A stretch of DNA of 64,000 nt from the NCBI GenBank assembly GCA_945971245.1, contig CAMFOZ010000001.1:140-64139 (forward strand), written 5' to 3'. How positions within the stretch are numbered: position 1 is the first letter of the stretch; every line of letters begins with the position of its first letter. Below are positions 35,752-43,714 of the stretch, piece by piece. The notes beneath the pieces were generated by a model that saw nothing but the letters and a program-made list of their open reading frames with translations, was not told the DNA's origin and did no database searches. The position numbers and the translations under genes were made by a program. This DNA comes from an uncultured Lactobacillus sp. GTDB taxonomy: Bacteria > Bacillota > Bacilli > Lactobacillales > Lactobacillaceae.

Positions 35752-36231
35752 TAATAAAGAGATCTCATTTTTAAGCTCACAAATTTATTACACGGATAGG
35801 AGCTTGACTCTAAGTTCGCCAGAATCGCCGTGGCTTTCTAATTACTAGAAATTGCTAAGATAAGGGAGCTACCCTTAATATTCTAGGCTGGGATTTGCAC
35901 CCAACAAGCGAATTTCTAACGGAGAGAGCAAGGTTCTATAGCGAGGCATCCTCCGGCTGTACCTATTGAGCAACTAGAATACAGAATTGATTATTTAGTT
36001 GTGATGACCCTGACGAGAGTCAATAGCCGCCGTTGGATTCGAACCAACTGTTGTGTCCACGTTACACGCGGCTGCCTTAAAGAGATAATCTCGAATCGAA
36101 AAAGCCTAGAATTTAGTCAATATTAGGTGTACAGGTTAAGCGATTGATGCTCTGTCAAAGCACATTATTAAGCTTATACCCGACGATAAATTAGTACAAT
36201 GAATACAGGTTCAACGTGAATAACTTTTTTG
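35752..36231 (-). ncRNA. candidate large structured ncRNA (ROOL/GOLLD-like or novel); boundaries approximate
   Basis: No ORF >=60 aa on either strand. 10-bp long-range helix 35880-35889 / 36103-36112. Several local hairpins. Adjacent to phage tRNAs. Confidence 0.4.
36024..36073 (-). ncRNA. 50-nt D-armless tRNA-like minihelix i
   Basis: AGCCGC/GCGGCU acceptor-like stem, GUGU-AACGUGG-ACAC hairpin, and perfect T arm GUUGG-UUCGAAU-CCAAC. Confidence 0.45.
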
Positions 36232-36756
36232 TTAATCATCATGACACCGGGCCTTTGCCTCGTTAATTAACGTTCTTCCGGAATCTACTCTTGACTTAAC
36301 GGCATCAAACGCTACCACAAACTCTTCCCATGCATTGTTAGCATTGAAGTAGGTAGTTCCTGGATTAATCATTCGCTCATTAGCACTCAGCATCTTAACC
36401 AGGTCCTGGTGAATCTTCTTGGCCGTTTCAACTTTTTTCTTATTGGAAAATTGCTCTAGCGCTCGGTTTATTGCTGATTTAATCTCTGGGTTGGTGTGCG
36501 TATTAACGGGAATATCGTCATACGCATTCTCAGAATACACAGTTACCACTGCCCGCTTCTTTGGATCCACAATCACCACAATATCATTTAGCCGATACTT
36601 GGTTCGATTTTTGCTTTGTGTTTCAACATATGTGCATTGTTGAAGTAACCGTTGAATCCAAGTATCAAGCTCCTTATTGGTAATATTGAACCGGGTAAGA
36701 ATACGATCCTTAGCATGGGCAGTAACGGTATACATGGCGTAATCTCTAACACTCAA
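36232..36756 (-). CDS. hypothetical protein (174 aa)
   Basis: ORF track; TTG start with GGAGGTGA SD. Confidence 0.55.
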   Translation of the reverse strand: MSVRDYAMYTVTAHAKDRILTRFNITNKELDTWIQRLLQQCTYVETQSKNRTKYRLNDIVVIVDPKKRAVVTVYSENAYDDIPVNTHTNPEIKSAINRALEQFSNKKKVETAKKIHQDLVKMLSANERMINPGTTYFNANNAWEEFVVAFDAVKSRVDSGRTLINEAKARCHDD

Positions 36757-36774
36757 GTCTCCATCACCTCCCAG

Positions 36775-36906
36775 CTAAAAAATAGTAACTATCAAAAGTA
36801 CCAAGATTAGTGCTCCTTCTATCTCCTCACCGGCATGACAAGCCAATGCTACAAGCAGGAGCGCAGTCAAACAAATTGTGGGCAACCAAGTTTCTAATTG
36901 TTTCAT
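36775..36906 (-). CDS. possible small membrane peptide (43 aa)
   Basis: Hand-translated MKQLETWLPTICLTALLLVALACHAGEEIEGALILVLLIVTIF. Weak SD. Confidence 0.3.
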   Translation of the reverse strand: MKQLETWLPTICLTALLLVALACHAGEEIEGALILVLLIVTIF

Positions 36907-36992
36907 TGCTAAAGCCCCGTATTGATAACCTTTGGCCGTTCAAATCGATCCGGCTTCAGTAAATACGCTTGTAGTTCACTATTGGGGTGATT

Positions 36993-37508
36993 CTAACCCC
37001 ACGCTCCAATTGATGAGAGCTTGTCTTCAACGAGATCAATTGCCTCACGCTTATTATGGGCAACACAGATTTCGCGCACCACACCAATAGGCGACATCAC
37101 ATAGTAAAAATGTAATCCGTTTGCGCTATTCTCATCAGTCATGTACTTAATGCTTTCTCTGACTGCATCGTTTGGAATAAAGGTATCTCCGCTAAACTTA
37201 GCCGAGTCACCATCTAGTTTTAGTTGATGCTTATGATAATCGTAGAGCTCGTATGTATCTTGGTCTTGCAAGTCGTAAACATCAAGGTACATTTGTTTCA
37301 GATCACCGTTGTAAGTAACTTCGTAGTAATGGCCGTCTCCATCGAGCGGGATTCCCAATAGAGCTTTATAGTTCTGAATCGTCTTACTGAACCACGTTAC
37401 ATAAACGTCATCAGGATTGACCTCTTCACGATTCCTATGTTCAAAAAGATGGTCCGCATATTCGGCTACCTTTTGTTTTGCCAATTCAATAAATTTTTCA
37501 GTGTTCAT
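36993..37508 (-). CDS. hypothetical protein (171 aa)
   Basis: ORF track. Confidence 0.55.
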   Translation of the reverse strand: MNTEKFIELAKQKVAEYADHLFEHRNREEVNPDDVYVTWFSKTIQNYKALLGIPLDGDGHYYEVTYNGDLKQMYLDVYDLQDQDTYELYDYHKHQLKLDGDSAKFSGDTFIPNDAVRESIKYMTDENSANGLHFYYVMSPIGVVREICVAHNKREAIDLVEDKLSSIGAWG

Positions 37509-37710
37509 TATTCTTCTCCATCTTGATTTTCATTGTTCTCCGTAATTGCTCCGGTTTAACACCGTGTAACTCTCTTCCGGTATATGCTTCTCTCAAAGTA
37601 ACGGTCTGCGTTTTATCGTCCTTATTGACCACGTTGCAACGCTGGTTGTGATAGTACACAGGGCCACCAAATAAGAAATGTTTGATCAGCTCTTGATAAT
37701 CAATCATCAT
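37498..37710 (-). CDS. hypothetical protein (70 aa)
   Basis: ORF track 37498..37731. The likely start is ATG 37710, next to the upstream stop. Confidence 0.5.
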   Translation of the reverse strand: MMIDYQELIKHFLFGGPVYYHNQRCNVVNKDDKTQTVTLREAYTGRELHGVKPEQLRRTMKIKMEKNNEH

Positions 37711-38140
37711 CACTTCCCAACCGTCTCCCACACATTGGGCAATAATTAATTGATGCCCAGTATTTAAGTGGTACGTTTTTTACAATCCAACCACCCGGTT
37801 CGTAGTCATCACCAACGGTGAAGTCTTTATACCAAACAGCAATTGAATGTGGATGATGTTTATCATTTTTTAAATTAAGAACAATTTTTCTAGCCTTGTT
37901 ATCTTTAATGTAAAGCGCTTTATGGTTCTCCCCGCCGTGGCAATACAGACAATTCTTCTGTTGCTCTGTTTCTGCCTTTTCCTCGTTGTCCAGTCCCTCG
38001 TCAACGATTCGTTCCAGAACCACAAGGGCATTATCAGCAAGAATTTGATAATCTAATCGTTGTACTTCTGGGTCATATAACATGTTGCCAAACCGTTTCC
38101 TGAGAGTGTGGAAGTACACTTGCAAATCAGACTTCTTCAT
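37700..38140 (-). CDS. hypothetical protein with CxxC...CxxC zinc-ribbon-like motifs
   Basis: CLYCHG...CPMCGRRL. The start ATG 38140 overlaps the upstream stop (TAATG). Confidence 0.55.
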   Translation of the reverse strand: MKKSDLQVYFHTLRKRFGNMLYDPEVQRLDYQILADNALVVLERIVDEGLDNEEKAETEQQKNCLYCHGGENHKALYIKDNKARKIVLNLKNDKHHPHSIAVWYKDFTVGDDYEPGGWIVKNVPLKYWASINYCPMCGRRLGSDDD

Positions 38141-38373
38141 TACTTCCACCCCTTGATTGTTTTGGTAGCTTCATACAGCGGTTTATCCATACCGTCCAGA
38201 CTGCAATAAGCATCAATAACTTTTTCCTTGTTAGGGTATACAATGCCATCGTCTTCTGTGTCGCCACTCGTCCACACTGCCAGTATTGAGATGGGGTAAC
38301 CGATCGACCCAACACCCTCGCCAAACGTTACAAAGAAGTTATACAGTGTTAGCTCATTATCATTCATTTCCAT
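38140..38373 (-). CDS. hypothetical protein (77 aa)
   Basis: ORF track. Preferred over the overlapping 38127..38324 frame. Confidence 0.5.
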   Translation of the reverse strand: MEMNDNELTLYNFFVTFGEGVGSIGYPISILAVWTSGDTEDDGIVYPNKEKVIDAYCSLDGMDKPLYEATKTIKGWK

Positions 38374-38566
38374 GTTTCTTATACCTCCATGTTAAGCCAA
38401 TAAACATTGCAACAAATGCTACTGGCGGGATCAGCCATAAGCACCATTGAAACCAAGCTGGTGAAGCATAGTAAGCAATTGCATACCAAGTCCCCCACAC
38501 GAGGCAGCTTAGCAGAGATAAAGTTGTGATCGCAAACGCACTACCTAGTCTATCTATAAGCTTCAT
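38360..38566 (-). CDS. small membrane protein (68 aa)
   Basis: ORF track; two hydrophobic helices. Confidence 0.5.
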   Translation of the reverse strand: MKLIDRLGSAFAITTLSLLSCLVWGTWYAIAYYASPAWFQWCLWLIPPVAFVAMFIGLTWRYKKHGNE

Positions 38567-38874
38567 TAATTTTTCTCCTCGTATTTATGTATCTTTACCA
38601 GCCGTCCATTCTTAGCTACAACGAATCCGTCAATCACTACAGTAATTAAGACAGATTCCAGACTATTGCGGCTAAGCAATTCTAAAATGATCTTTTTCTG
38701 GTAATCTTTGCTAATTCTGGCAAAGCTAAGTGGCATCATGTTAGCGTCATAACACCATAGCCACAAAAGATTATCTTGATTGTTCTTTGGCTCGGGGATA
38801 AGTTCTACCGTCTCGTATCCTTCAAACAGTGAAAAGCCGCCCTTGTATTTCTTATTAATTTCAATCTGCTTCAT
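38566..38874 (-). CDS. hypothetical protein (102 aa)
   Basis: The start ATG 38874 overlaps the upstream stop (TAATG). Confidence 0.5.
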   Translation of the reverse strand: MKQIEINKKYKGGFSLFEGYETVELIPEPKNNQDNLLWLWCYDANMMPLSFARISKDYQKKIILELLSRNSLESVLITVVIDGFVVAKNGRLVKIHKYEEKN

Positions 38875-39047
38875 TACTTCCACCACTTTCGTCCACGATC
38901 TTTAGTGCCACGATACTTCGGCTCATGACGAACGTTGACGGCAAAGAAAATCTCTCTTTGATAATGACGATCAACTTGCCTGTGACACCATTTGACAGCT
39001 TTTCCATTTTTGACAGCAATCTTGTGTTTTTCTCGCTGTTTGCTCAT
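38874..39047 (-). CDS. small basic protein (57 aa)
   Basis: MSKQREKHKIAVKNGKAV... ATG 39047 with AGAGGTGGA SD. ATGA overlap with the upstream stop. Confidence 0.5.
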   Translation of the reverse strand: MSKQREKHKIAVKNGKAVKWCHRQVDRHYQREIFFAVNVRHEPKYRGTKDRGRKWWK

Positions 39048-39295
39048 TTTTTCCACCTCTTTCGATTAAGTTGTCTTGCCGTAACTGGGCTAAATTTGTG
39101 ACGATACGATAGCGTTGACGGATGGTAATAAAGCAACCCTTTGACGTAGTTAGACTTCTTTGAATTTCGATAAGCCACTGCCGCATAATACTCAATCCAC
39201 ACATGACTGGTAGAGTACGGGATCCCGCGCTTTTGTGCTTTGTCTGCTTCTTCGTTGATCACTACACCCCAGTGTTTGTCACGTTGTTTACTCAC
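39044..39295 (-). CDS. small basic protein (83 aa), N-terminus paralogous to 38874..39047
   Basis: GTG 39295 with AGGAGG SD. VSKQRDKHWGVVINEE... Confidence 0.5.
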   Translation of the reverse strand: MSKQRDKHWGVVINEEADKAQKRGIPYSTSHVWIEYYAAVAYRNSKKSNYVKGLLYYHPSTLSYRHKFSPVTARQLNRKRWKK

Positions 39296-39539
39296 AGTGT
39301 TTAACCTCCTCATACGTCCGCCGGAAGATGTCATTTGCTATGGGCCAATGTTCTCCATCAATGCCGGTAGCGATCCAGGCACCTTTTTTGATAATCATCT
39401 TGCCTTCCTTAGTAGACAAATAAGGTACAAATCCATACTCTCCAATATGCCAATGAACGTCATACTTGTTCGACATTTCATCAGACCCGTCGAACTGTTC
39501 TGCCTTGATGGTTGTCTTCTTTCGATATTCTTTAATCAT
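39288..39539 (-). CDS. hypothetical protein (83 aa), KAEQF...GAWIATG..G family
   Basis: ATG 39539 with GGAGGAAG SD. Confidence 0.55.
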   Translation of the reverse strand: MIKEYRKKTTIKAEQFDGSDEMSNKYDVHWHIGEYGFVPYLSTKEGKMIIKKGAWIATGIDGEHWPIANDIFRRTYEEVKHCE

Positions 39540-39744
39540 CGCTGCTTCCTCCGAAGAACCAATCCAGTTCTTCATCTATTTTCTTTTGGAAAATCTTTTT
39601 GCGAGTTTCCTTGCAAAAATCATAGAAAAGGATCATAGCTGTCAGTTGTTCCTGTGTGAAAACAACTTTTCCGTCCTTCATAATTCCTTTTTCTTTGTTC
39701 ATTGCAAAGCCATCACCCATATCAACTTCTTTGCTCATCTTCAT
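39532..39744 (-). CDS. hypothetical protein (70 aa)
   Basis: ORF track. Confidence 0.5.
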   Translation of the reverse strand: MKMSKEVDMGDGFAMNKEKGIMKDGKVVFTQEQLTAMILFYDFCKETRKKIFQKKIDEELDWFFGGSSDD

Positions 39745-39892
39745 CCTCCTCTACGTATAAGATTGAGCTAATAGGAATGCGAATTTTATTGCCGACATCT
39801 GTCCGTCCATACAGCCAAAGATTATCTATAACATCCACACTAGACAGGTCCAGGTACGTCCTATCTTCGTCGTTCAGATATACAGTTGTCAT
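39722..39892 (-). CDS. hypothetical protein (56 aa)
   Basis: The start ATG 39892 overlaps the upstream stop (TAATG). Confidence 0.45.
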   Translation of the reverse strand: MTTVYLNDEDRTYLDLSSVDVIDNLWLYGRTDVGNKIRIPISSILYVEEDEDEQRS

Positions 39893-40059
39893 TAGATTCC
39901 CATCTCCATTCGTCCAAATAGCACACAAATTGTAAATGTAATCAGTGTAATTACAATCTCAGCAACCAATAGCGTTTTGTTGCCAAGTAACTCGTAATCA
40001 CGCTTGATTTGCCTAACCGGCCATAGCCATAGTAGAGAAAATAAAATATCAAAGATCAT
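39892..40059 (-). CDS. small membrane protein (55 aa)
   Basis: Hand-translated MIFDILFSLLWLWPVRQIKRDYELLGNKTLLVAEIVITLITFTICVLFGRMEMGI. ATGA overlap with the upstream stop. Confidence 0.45.
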   Translation of the reverse strand: MIFDILFSLLWLWPVRQIKRDYELLGNKTLLVAEIVITLITFTICVLFGRMEMGI

Positions 40060-40295
40060 GATTGTAAATTACTAATACGTGAGCTTTCATGATCTTTTGC
40101 TTCATCGATTCGTGGTGCATCTAGTAACCGATTGACCACATCTTCCAGCTCGCCAAGAAGTCCCAGCGCGGTGCCTACGTCATGCAACTGTTGATCGTTT
40201 TCAGTTGGATACTCCACAAGTTTAACTACCAGATCGCTAATATAATCGTTAAACGTTAACACTGGCCTTTTAACCCCGTTAAATCTAGTGATCAT
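40056..40295 (-). CDS. hypothetical protein (79 aa)
   Basis: ORF track 40056..40496. The likely start is ATG 40295 (SD GGAGGTGG). Confidence 0.5.
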   Translation of the reverse strand: MITRFNGVKRPVLTFNDYISDLVVKLVEYPTENDQQLHDVGTALGLLGELEDVVNRLLDAPRIDEAKDHESSRISNLQS

Positions 40296-40560
40296 CGTTG
40301 CCACCTCCGATAACGTTGTGATACCAACCGTTGAAAATGTGGCGGTAAGTGCCATGTATTGTTTCTTTGCTAAATTCCCAGTGATCGCAATCACTGCTAC
40401 AGTTAAAGGGCTTGAAGCCTCGCTTAGCTTGTCGTTTTGTTTCGTGGCCCAGCCACTTCTCACAAGACGCTTTATCTGTAAACACTTGAACGTCAAGACT
40501 TGTCATGTAGTCATCTAAAGCATCATAATTCTCAATTACTAGCGCATATACTTTACTCAT
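40285..40560 (-). CDS. hypothetical protein (91 aa)
   Basis: ATG 40560 with GGGAGGGTG SD. Confidence 0.5.
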   Translation of the reverse strand: MSKVYALVIENYDALDDYMTSLDVQVFTDKASCEKWLGHETKRQAKRGFKPFNCSSDCDHWEFSKETIHGTYRHIFNGWYHNVIGGGNDDH

Positions 40561-40729
40561 TGTCACCCTCCCGAGAAGCATCAAGCGTAAGCTCAATAGC
40601 TTCGTCCGCTAAGTCATGTAGCTGCATAATGCAGTCACCATCAAAAGCATATGGATCTGACTCATCGTAGTAGATTTCGTCTAACTCATCACGTTTAGCA
40701 ATTAACTCCTTGAGTTTTTCGTTAGTCAT
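40553..40729 (-). CDS. acidic hypothetical protein (58 aa)
   Basis: Hand-translated MTNEKLKELIAKRDELDEIYYDESDPYAFDGDC... ATGA overlap with the upstream stop. Confidence 0.45.
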   Translation of the reverse strand: MTNEKLKELIAKRDELDEIYYDESDPYAFDGDCIMQLHDLADEAIELTLDASREGDNE

Positions 40730-41040
40730 TTTGCCGTCTCCTTATATCCTCCCATCTGCTGGTCGATCTTCTTCTCAACACTCTCCAGCTCCAAGTCAAT
40801 GAATTTCGCTGTGTCATTGAGCGTATGAATATCGGTAGTGCCGGCTCTCATCATGATGTATGACTTCACCACTGAACCAAACGTTTGGAAATAAAGCACC
40901 TTCCCGTTGTACCCTTTACCTTTGCCCTTAAGAGCTGGTTCTCCAGCCTTGCGCTTGATTAGGATCGGATAACCCCAGCGATCAATCATAACTGTGTACT
41001 CATCATCTAAATCAATCTTTAACATCATTCTCGACCTCAT
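40726..41040 (-). CDS. hypothetical protein (104 aa)
   Basis: ORF track. Confidence 0.5.
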   Translation of the reverse strand: MRSRMMLKIDLDDEYTVMIDRWGYPILIKRKAGEPALKGKGKGYNGKVLYFQTFGSVVKSYIMMRAGTTDIHTLNDTAKFIDLELESVEKKIDQQMGGYKETAK

Positions 41041-41080
41041 TTTTTAAGTAATATCTAAGCTGTTGAGATTCATAGTTTGC

Positions 41081-41446
41081 TTATTTCCAAACATCATAAG
41101 TCCCATTGCCATTATCAACAATCTGATCCCCAACTTCAGCGGTTTTAATCTCTTTGCCATTCCACACGAAAGCACGGAAACCACTCATATCAGAATCGAG
41201 CGGGCCATTATAGTTACACTTCTGAGTAATGATTAGTCCTCTACTCATTGCATTCATAAACCAACTCGGTAGCGGGTCACCTAGGGTCATTATCTTATTA
41301 GGTTCAGCCCAATGCTTAGCCAGTTGTTTACGCACCCTATTCGCGCTTACTGCCGCGTCATGTTTCCCCGTTGCTGAAATACGATAGTTAGCAACAGAGC
41401 CGTCTGGCCTGGCAAACGAATATCCGTATTGCCTCATTGTTTCCAC
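41081..41446 (-). CDS. hypothetical protein (121 aa)
   Basis: ORF track. Confidence 0.5.
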   Translation of the reverse strand: METMRQYGYSFARPDGSVANYRISATGKHDAAVSANRVRKQLAKHWAEPNKIMTLGDPLPSWFMNAMSRGLIITQKCNYNGPLDSDMSGFRAFVWNGKEIKTAEVGDQIVDNGNGTYDVWK

Positions 41447-41622
41447 CTCGTGTAAATACAGATTCCAAGTCCAATCAGGAAAATAATCAATTCAATTCCG
41501 ACAAATATAAACGCCATTATTTTGTAGTTGGGATGTTTGATAAAGTCGATTACTGTCAGATATATTCCAAACACCAGCGTGCTGATCATCAGTCCCTGAC
41601 CTAAACCATATAGAAAGTTCAT
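41434..41622 (-). CDS. small two-TM membrane protein (62 aa)
   Basis: ORF track. Confidence 0.5.
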   Translation of the reverse strand: MNFLYGLGQGLMISTLVFGIYLTVIDFIKHPNYKIMAFIFVGIELIIFLIGLGICIYTRWKQ

Positions 41623-41648
41623 ACGTCCTCCTTAATAGTTGCTTCGTC

Positions 41649-41813
41649 TTAGTCGCAATACGTAACTACTACAGCAAGCAGCCTTGCACTGTCGCTATCC
41701 GAGCAAGCACTTATATCCATAACATTATGCTGACTGCAAAATTTATTTACCTCATCTTCGAATTTATCGTCAAACATACTAATGTTTCCTTGACGAAAAA
41801 TTTTAATTTTCAT
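41649..41813 (-). CDS. hypothetical protein (54 aa)
   Basis: Hand-translated MKIKIFRQGNISMFDDKFEDEVNKFCSQHNVMD... Overlaps the upstream gene by 11 nt. Confidence 0.4.
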   Translation of the reverse strand: MKIKIFRQGNISMFDDKFEDEVNKFCSQHNVMDISACSDSDSARLLAVVVTYCD

Positions 41814-42297
41814 CGTCTGTAATCTCCTTCTTTAGGGCATCTACTACCGGTGCGAGAGCTGGATCATTTCTTTTTATGTTTTTTAATTCAGTTTCGGTGA
41901 ATTCTGTTGGCTCACCGCTATAAATAATCTTTGAGTAATCGCTACAACACTCAAACTTCTTTATATAGCCGGTTTCAGCAATAGGACCTGAATAATACCG
42001 TACCGCTTCCAAATAGTATTTCTTTTCTGATTTGCGGTCTTCCAGCGGCGTATCGAGATACTTGCCAATAGCGATCGAAATACGCTCTCTAGTAGAGCTA
42101 GTAAATTCTAGGTTCAGCATATTAGGATTTAGATACGCAACCTCAAGCCAATTCATCGCATTGCTAAAAATACGCAACACCAAGTCATCGTACTTGGTAA
42201 AAATGCTAATTGCTTGAAGGCCGCTGCTGAGCTTACGTAGTTTTACATTCACTTGCTCTTGTTCTTTTAGCTGTTTAACTAATTCTTCAGTTGTCAT
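41803..42297 (-). CDS. hypothetical protein (164 aa)
   Basis: ORF track. Confidence 0.55.
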   Translation of the reverse strand: MTTEELVKQLKEQEQVNVKLRKLSSGLQAISIFTKYDDLVLRIFSNAMNWLEVAYLNPNMLNLEFTSSTRERISIAIGKYLDTPLEDRKSEKKYYLEAVRYYSGPIAETGYIKKFECCSDYSKIIYSGEPTEFTETELKNIKRNDPALAPVVDALKKEITDDEN

Positions 42298-42778
42298 CGT
42301 CTTCGCCTTCCATCTTCCGCTTCATCTCATTCAGCAGATCATCATCAGCTTTCTCATCGTCACGGTCACGATAAACTTCAATAGCCTTATAGTAATAACC
42401 GTGTTCGTCAGGAACACCCCAACGTGAAGTTGTACTTTGCAAATGAACTTTGTTATCACACTTAGGACACTTCAGATAACGATTCCCATATAGTGTCGTA
42501 ACATCCTGGCATTTACCACAATAGGGGCACATGAGTTTAGCTTTGACGGGTTGCTTCCAGCCAGGCGTTCGGTCATCTTCTTCTCGTGTATAGTGTGTTT
42601 CGCGCTTAGTCGTGCTATCGGGACTGGCCTGTTTAGTCCCCTTCGTGTCTACTTCGTTGAGCGTAATAGTGTCGCCCGTTACGATCTCGTATGCCTTAAC
42701 AACAAGTGCAAAGTTAAAGTCATTGTCTTTCATAGTCAGCTTCAAGCTGGCTTTTTCTGTTTTCAGTTTTAATTCCAT
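42287..42778 (-). CDS. zinc-ribbon protein (163 aa)
   Basis: CPYCGKC...CPKCDNK. The likely start is ATG 42778 (SD AGGAGAA). Confidence 0.55.
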   Translation of the reverse strand: MELKLKTEKASLKLTMKDNDFNFALVVKAYEIVTGDTITLNEVDTKGTKQASPDSTTKRETHYTREEDDRTPGWKQPVKAKLMCPYCGKCQDVTTLYGNRYLKCPKCDNKVHLQSTTSRWGVPDEHGYYYKAIEVYRDRDDEKADDDLLNEMKRKMEGEDDDN

Positions 42779-42788
42779 TTTATTTCTC

Positions 42789-42944
42789 CTAATCGAATAT
42801 GTAGCCCACGGCAATCATCACCGATATAATATTTAGCCAATCATTATTAGTCGGCTGACCGCCAAAATAATGTGGGCAATTAATAGCTAGTCCAATCAAT
42901 ACTAGAAAGAAACATCCAGCAATCTTTCTGCCCTAGTGATTCAT
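42789..42944 (-). pseudogene. small membrane-protein ORF interrupted by an in-frame TAG at codon 4
   Basis: ATG AAT CAC TAG GGC AGA... then GRKIAGCFFLVLIGLAINCPHYFGGQPTNNDWLNIISVMIAVGYIFD*. The ATG overlaps the upstream stop. Confidence 0.4.
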
Positions 42945-43117
42945 ATCAGTTCCTCCGGTTTTATTTCCTTGGGGATGGTAAACATTGGAGCAGTGCTATT
43001 TTCACGAATCGTAACCGTTCCAAGTAATTCATTGTGCCCAATAACGAAATACATTCGTCCTTGATACGTAACCGGCAAGCCATAGTTCTCATAGTTAACT
43101 GCTGTCTTAAAATCCAT
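42941..43117 (-). CDS. hypothetical protein (58 aa)
   Basis: Hand-translated MDFKTAVNYENYGLPVTYQGRMYFVIGHNELLGTVTIRENS... Confidence 0.4.
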   Translation of the reverse strand: MDFKTAVNYENYGLPVTYQGRMYFVIGHNELLGTVTIRENSTAPMFTIPKEIKPEELI

Positions 43118-43123
43118 ACTTGC

Positions 43124-43714
43124 TTACTCCGTTTCTAGCAATTCCTCAACAGTTGTATTGCCAAGTCCCGCTATTGTTTCAAGATTTTCTTTAGTCGGCA
43201 GATAAACACCCGTCTCCCAGTTAACAACTACTTGCCTAGCACTCGTGCTAGCCAGTCCTACTCTTCTGCCAAAATGAGTTTGGTCAAGCCCTAGCGCTTT
43301 GCGAATCAATGAAATTTTCTTACCGACTTGCTTGCGGTGCTCATTCTTGCGCTGTCGCTGTCGTCTTTGTCGAAGATAGCGTTTTGATTGATACAGCTTT
43401 CGATCTTCCGGATATGTCTTCATAATCCGTTCAACATCAGCACGATCAAGATCGCCAACCTTATCGGCAATTTCATCAATAAAGAAACCGCGATTGATGA
43501 AGAAGCGAACGGCTCCCAGCATTTCTGGGCTAACATAGTATGCTCGTGACCGTTCGCCAAAAGCCTGAATAGCCTTATAGTCATCCTCGCAATGGTTCTT
43601 CCTCACAATCTCAACCACTTCTTTCAATGGCTTGCTGAGGACACCTTCACCGCACTTAGATTCCAAATGATGAAGATGATCTAGCATTTTGTAATAACCA
43701 ACTTTTTCTCTCAT
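43124..43714 (-). CDS. protein with C-terminal XRE-type HTH and Arg-rich linker (196 aa)
   Basis: ISLIRKALGLDQTHFGRRVGLASTSARQVVVNWETG. Confidence 0.6.
   Translation of the reverse strand: MREKVGYYKMLDHLHHLESKCGEGVLSKPLKEVVEIVRKNHCEDDYKAIQAFGERSRAYYVSPEMLGAVRFFINRGFFIDEIADKVGDLDRADVERIMKTYPEDRKLYQSKRYLRQRRQRQRKNEHRKQVGKKISLIRKALGLDQTHFGRRVGLASTSARQVVVNWETGVYLPTKENLETIAGLGNTTVEELLETE

Noticed and set aside
36009-36016. CUGACGAG on the plus strand, resembling the hammerhead ribozyme CUGANGA box
   Set aside because: No matching GAAA box and no three-stem arrangement nearby. The downstream sequence is UCGAACC of a T-arm.
34372-36231. Amber-suppressor tRNA that could rescue the TAG-interrupted ORF at 42935
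   Set aside because: No 7-nt loop with U-CUA-R flanked by a paired stem was found. The UUCUAGG and UUCUAGU occurrences lack anticodon stems.
38127-39204. Overlapping alternative-frame ORFs 38127..38324 and 38971..39204
   Set aside because: They compete with ORFs that have SD sequences and stop/start coupling, and their sequences are Cys/Trp/Arg-rich and look spurious.
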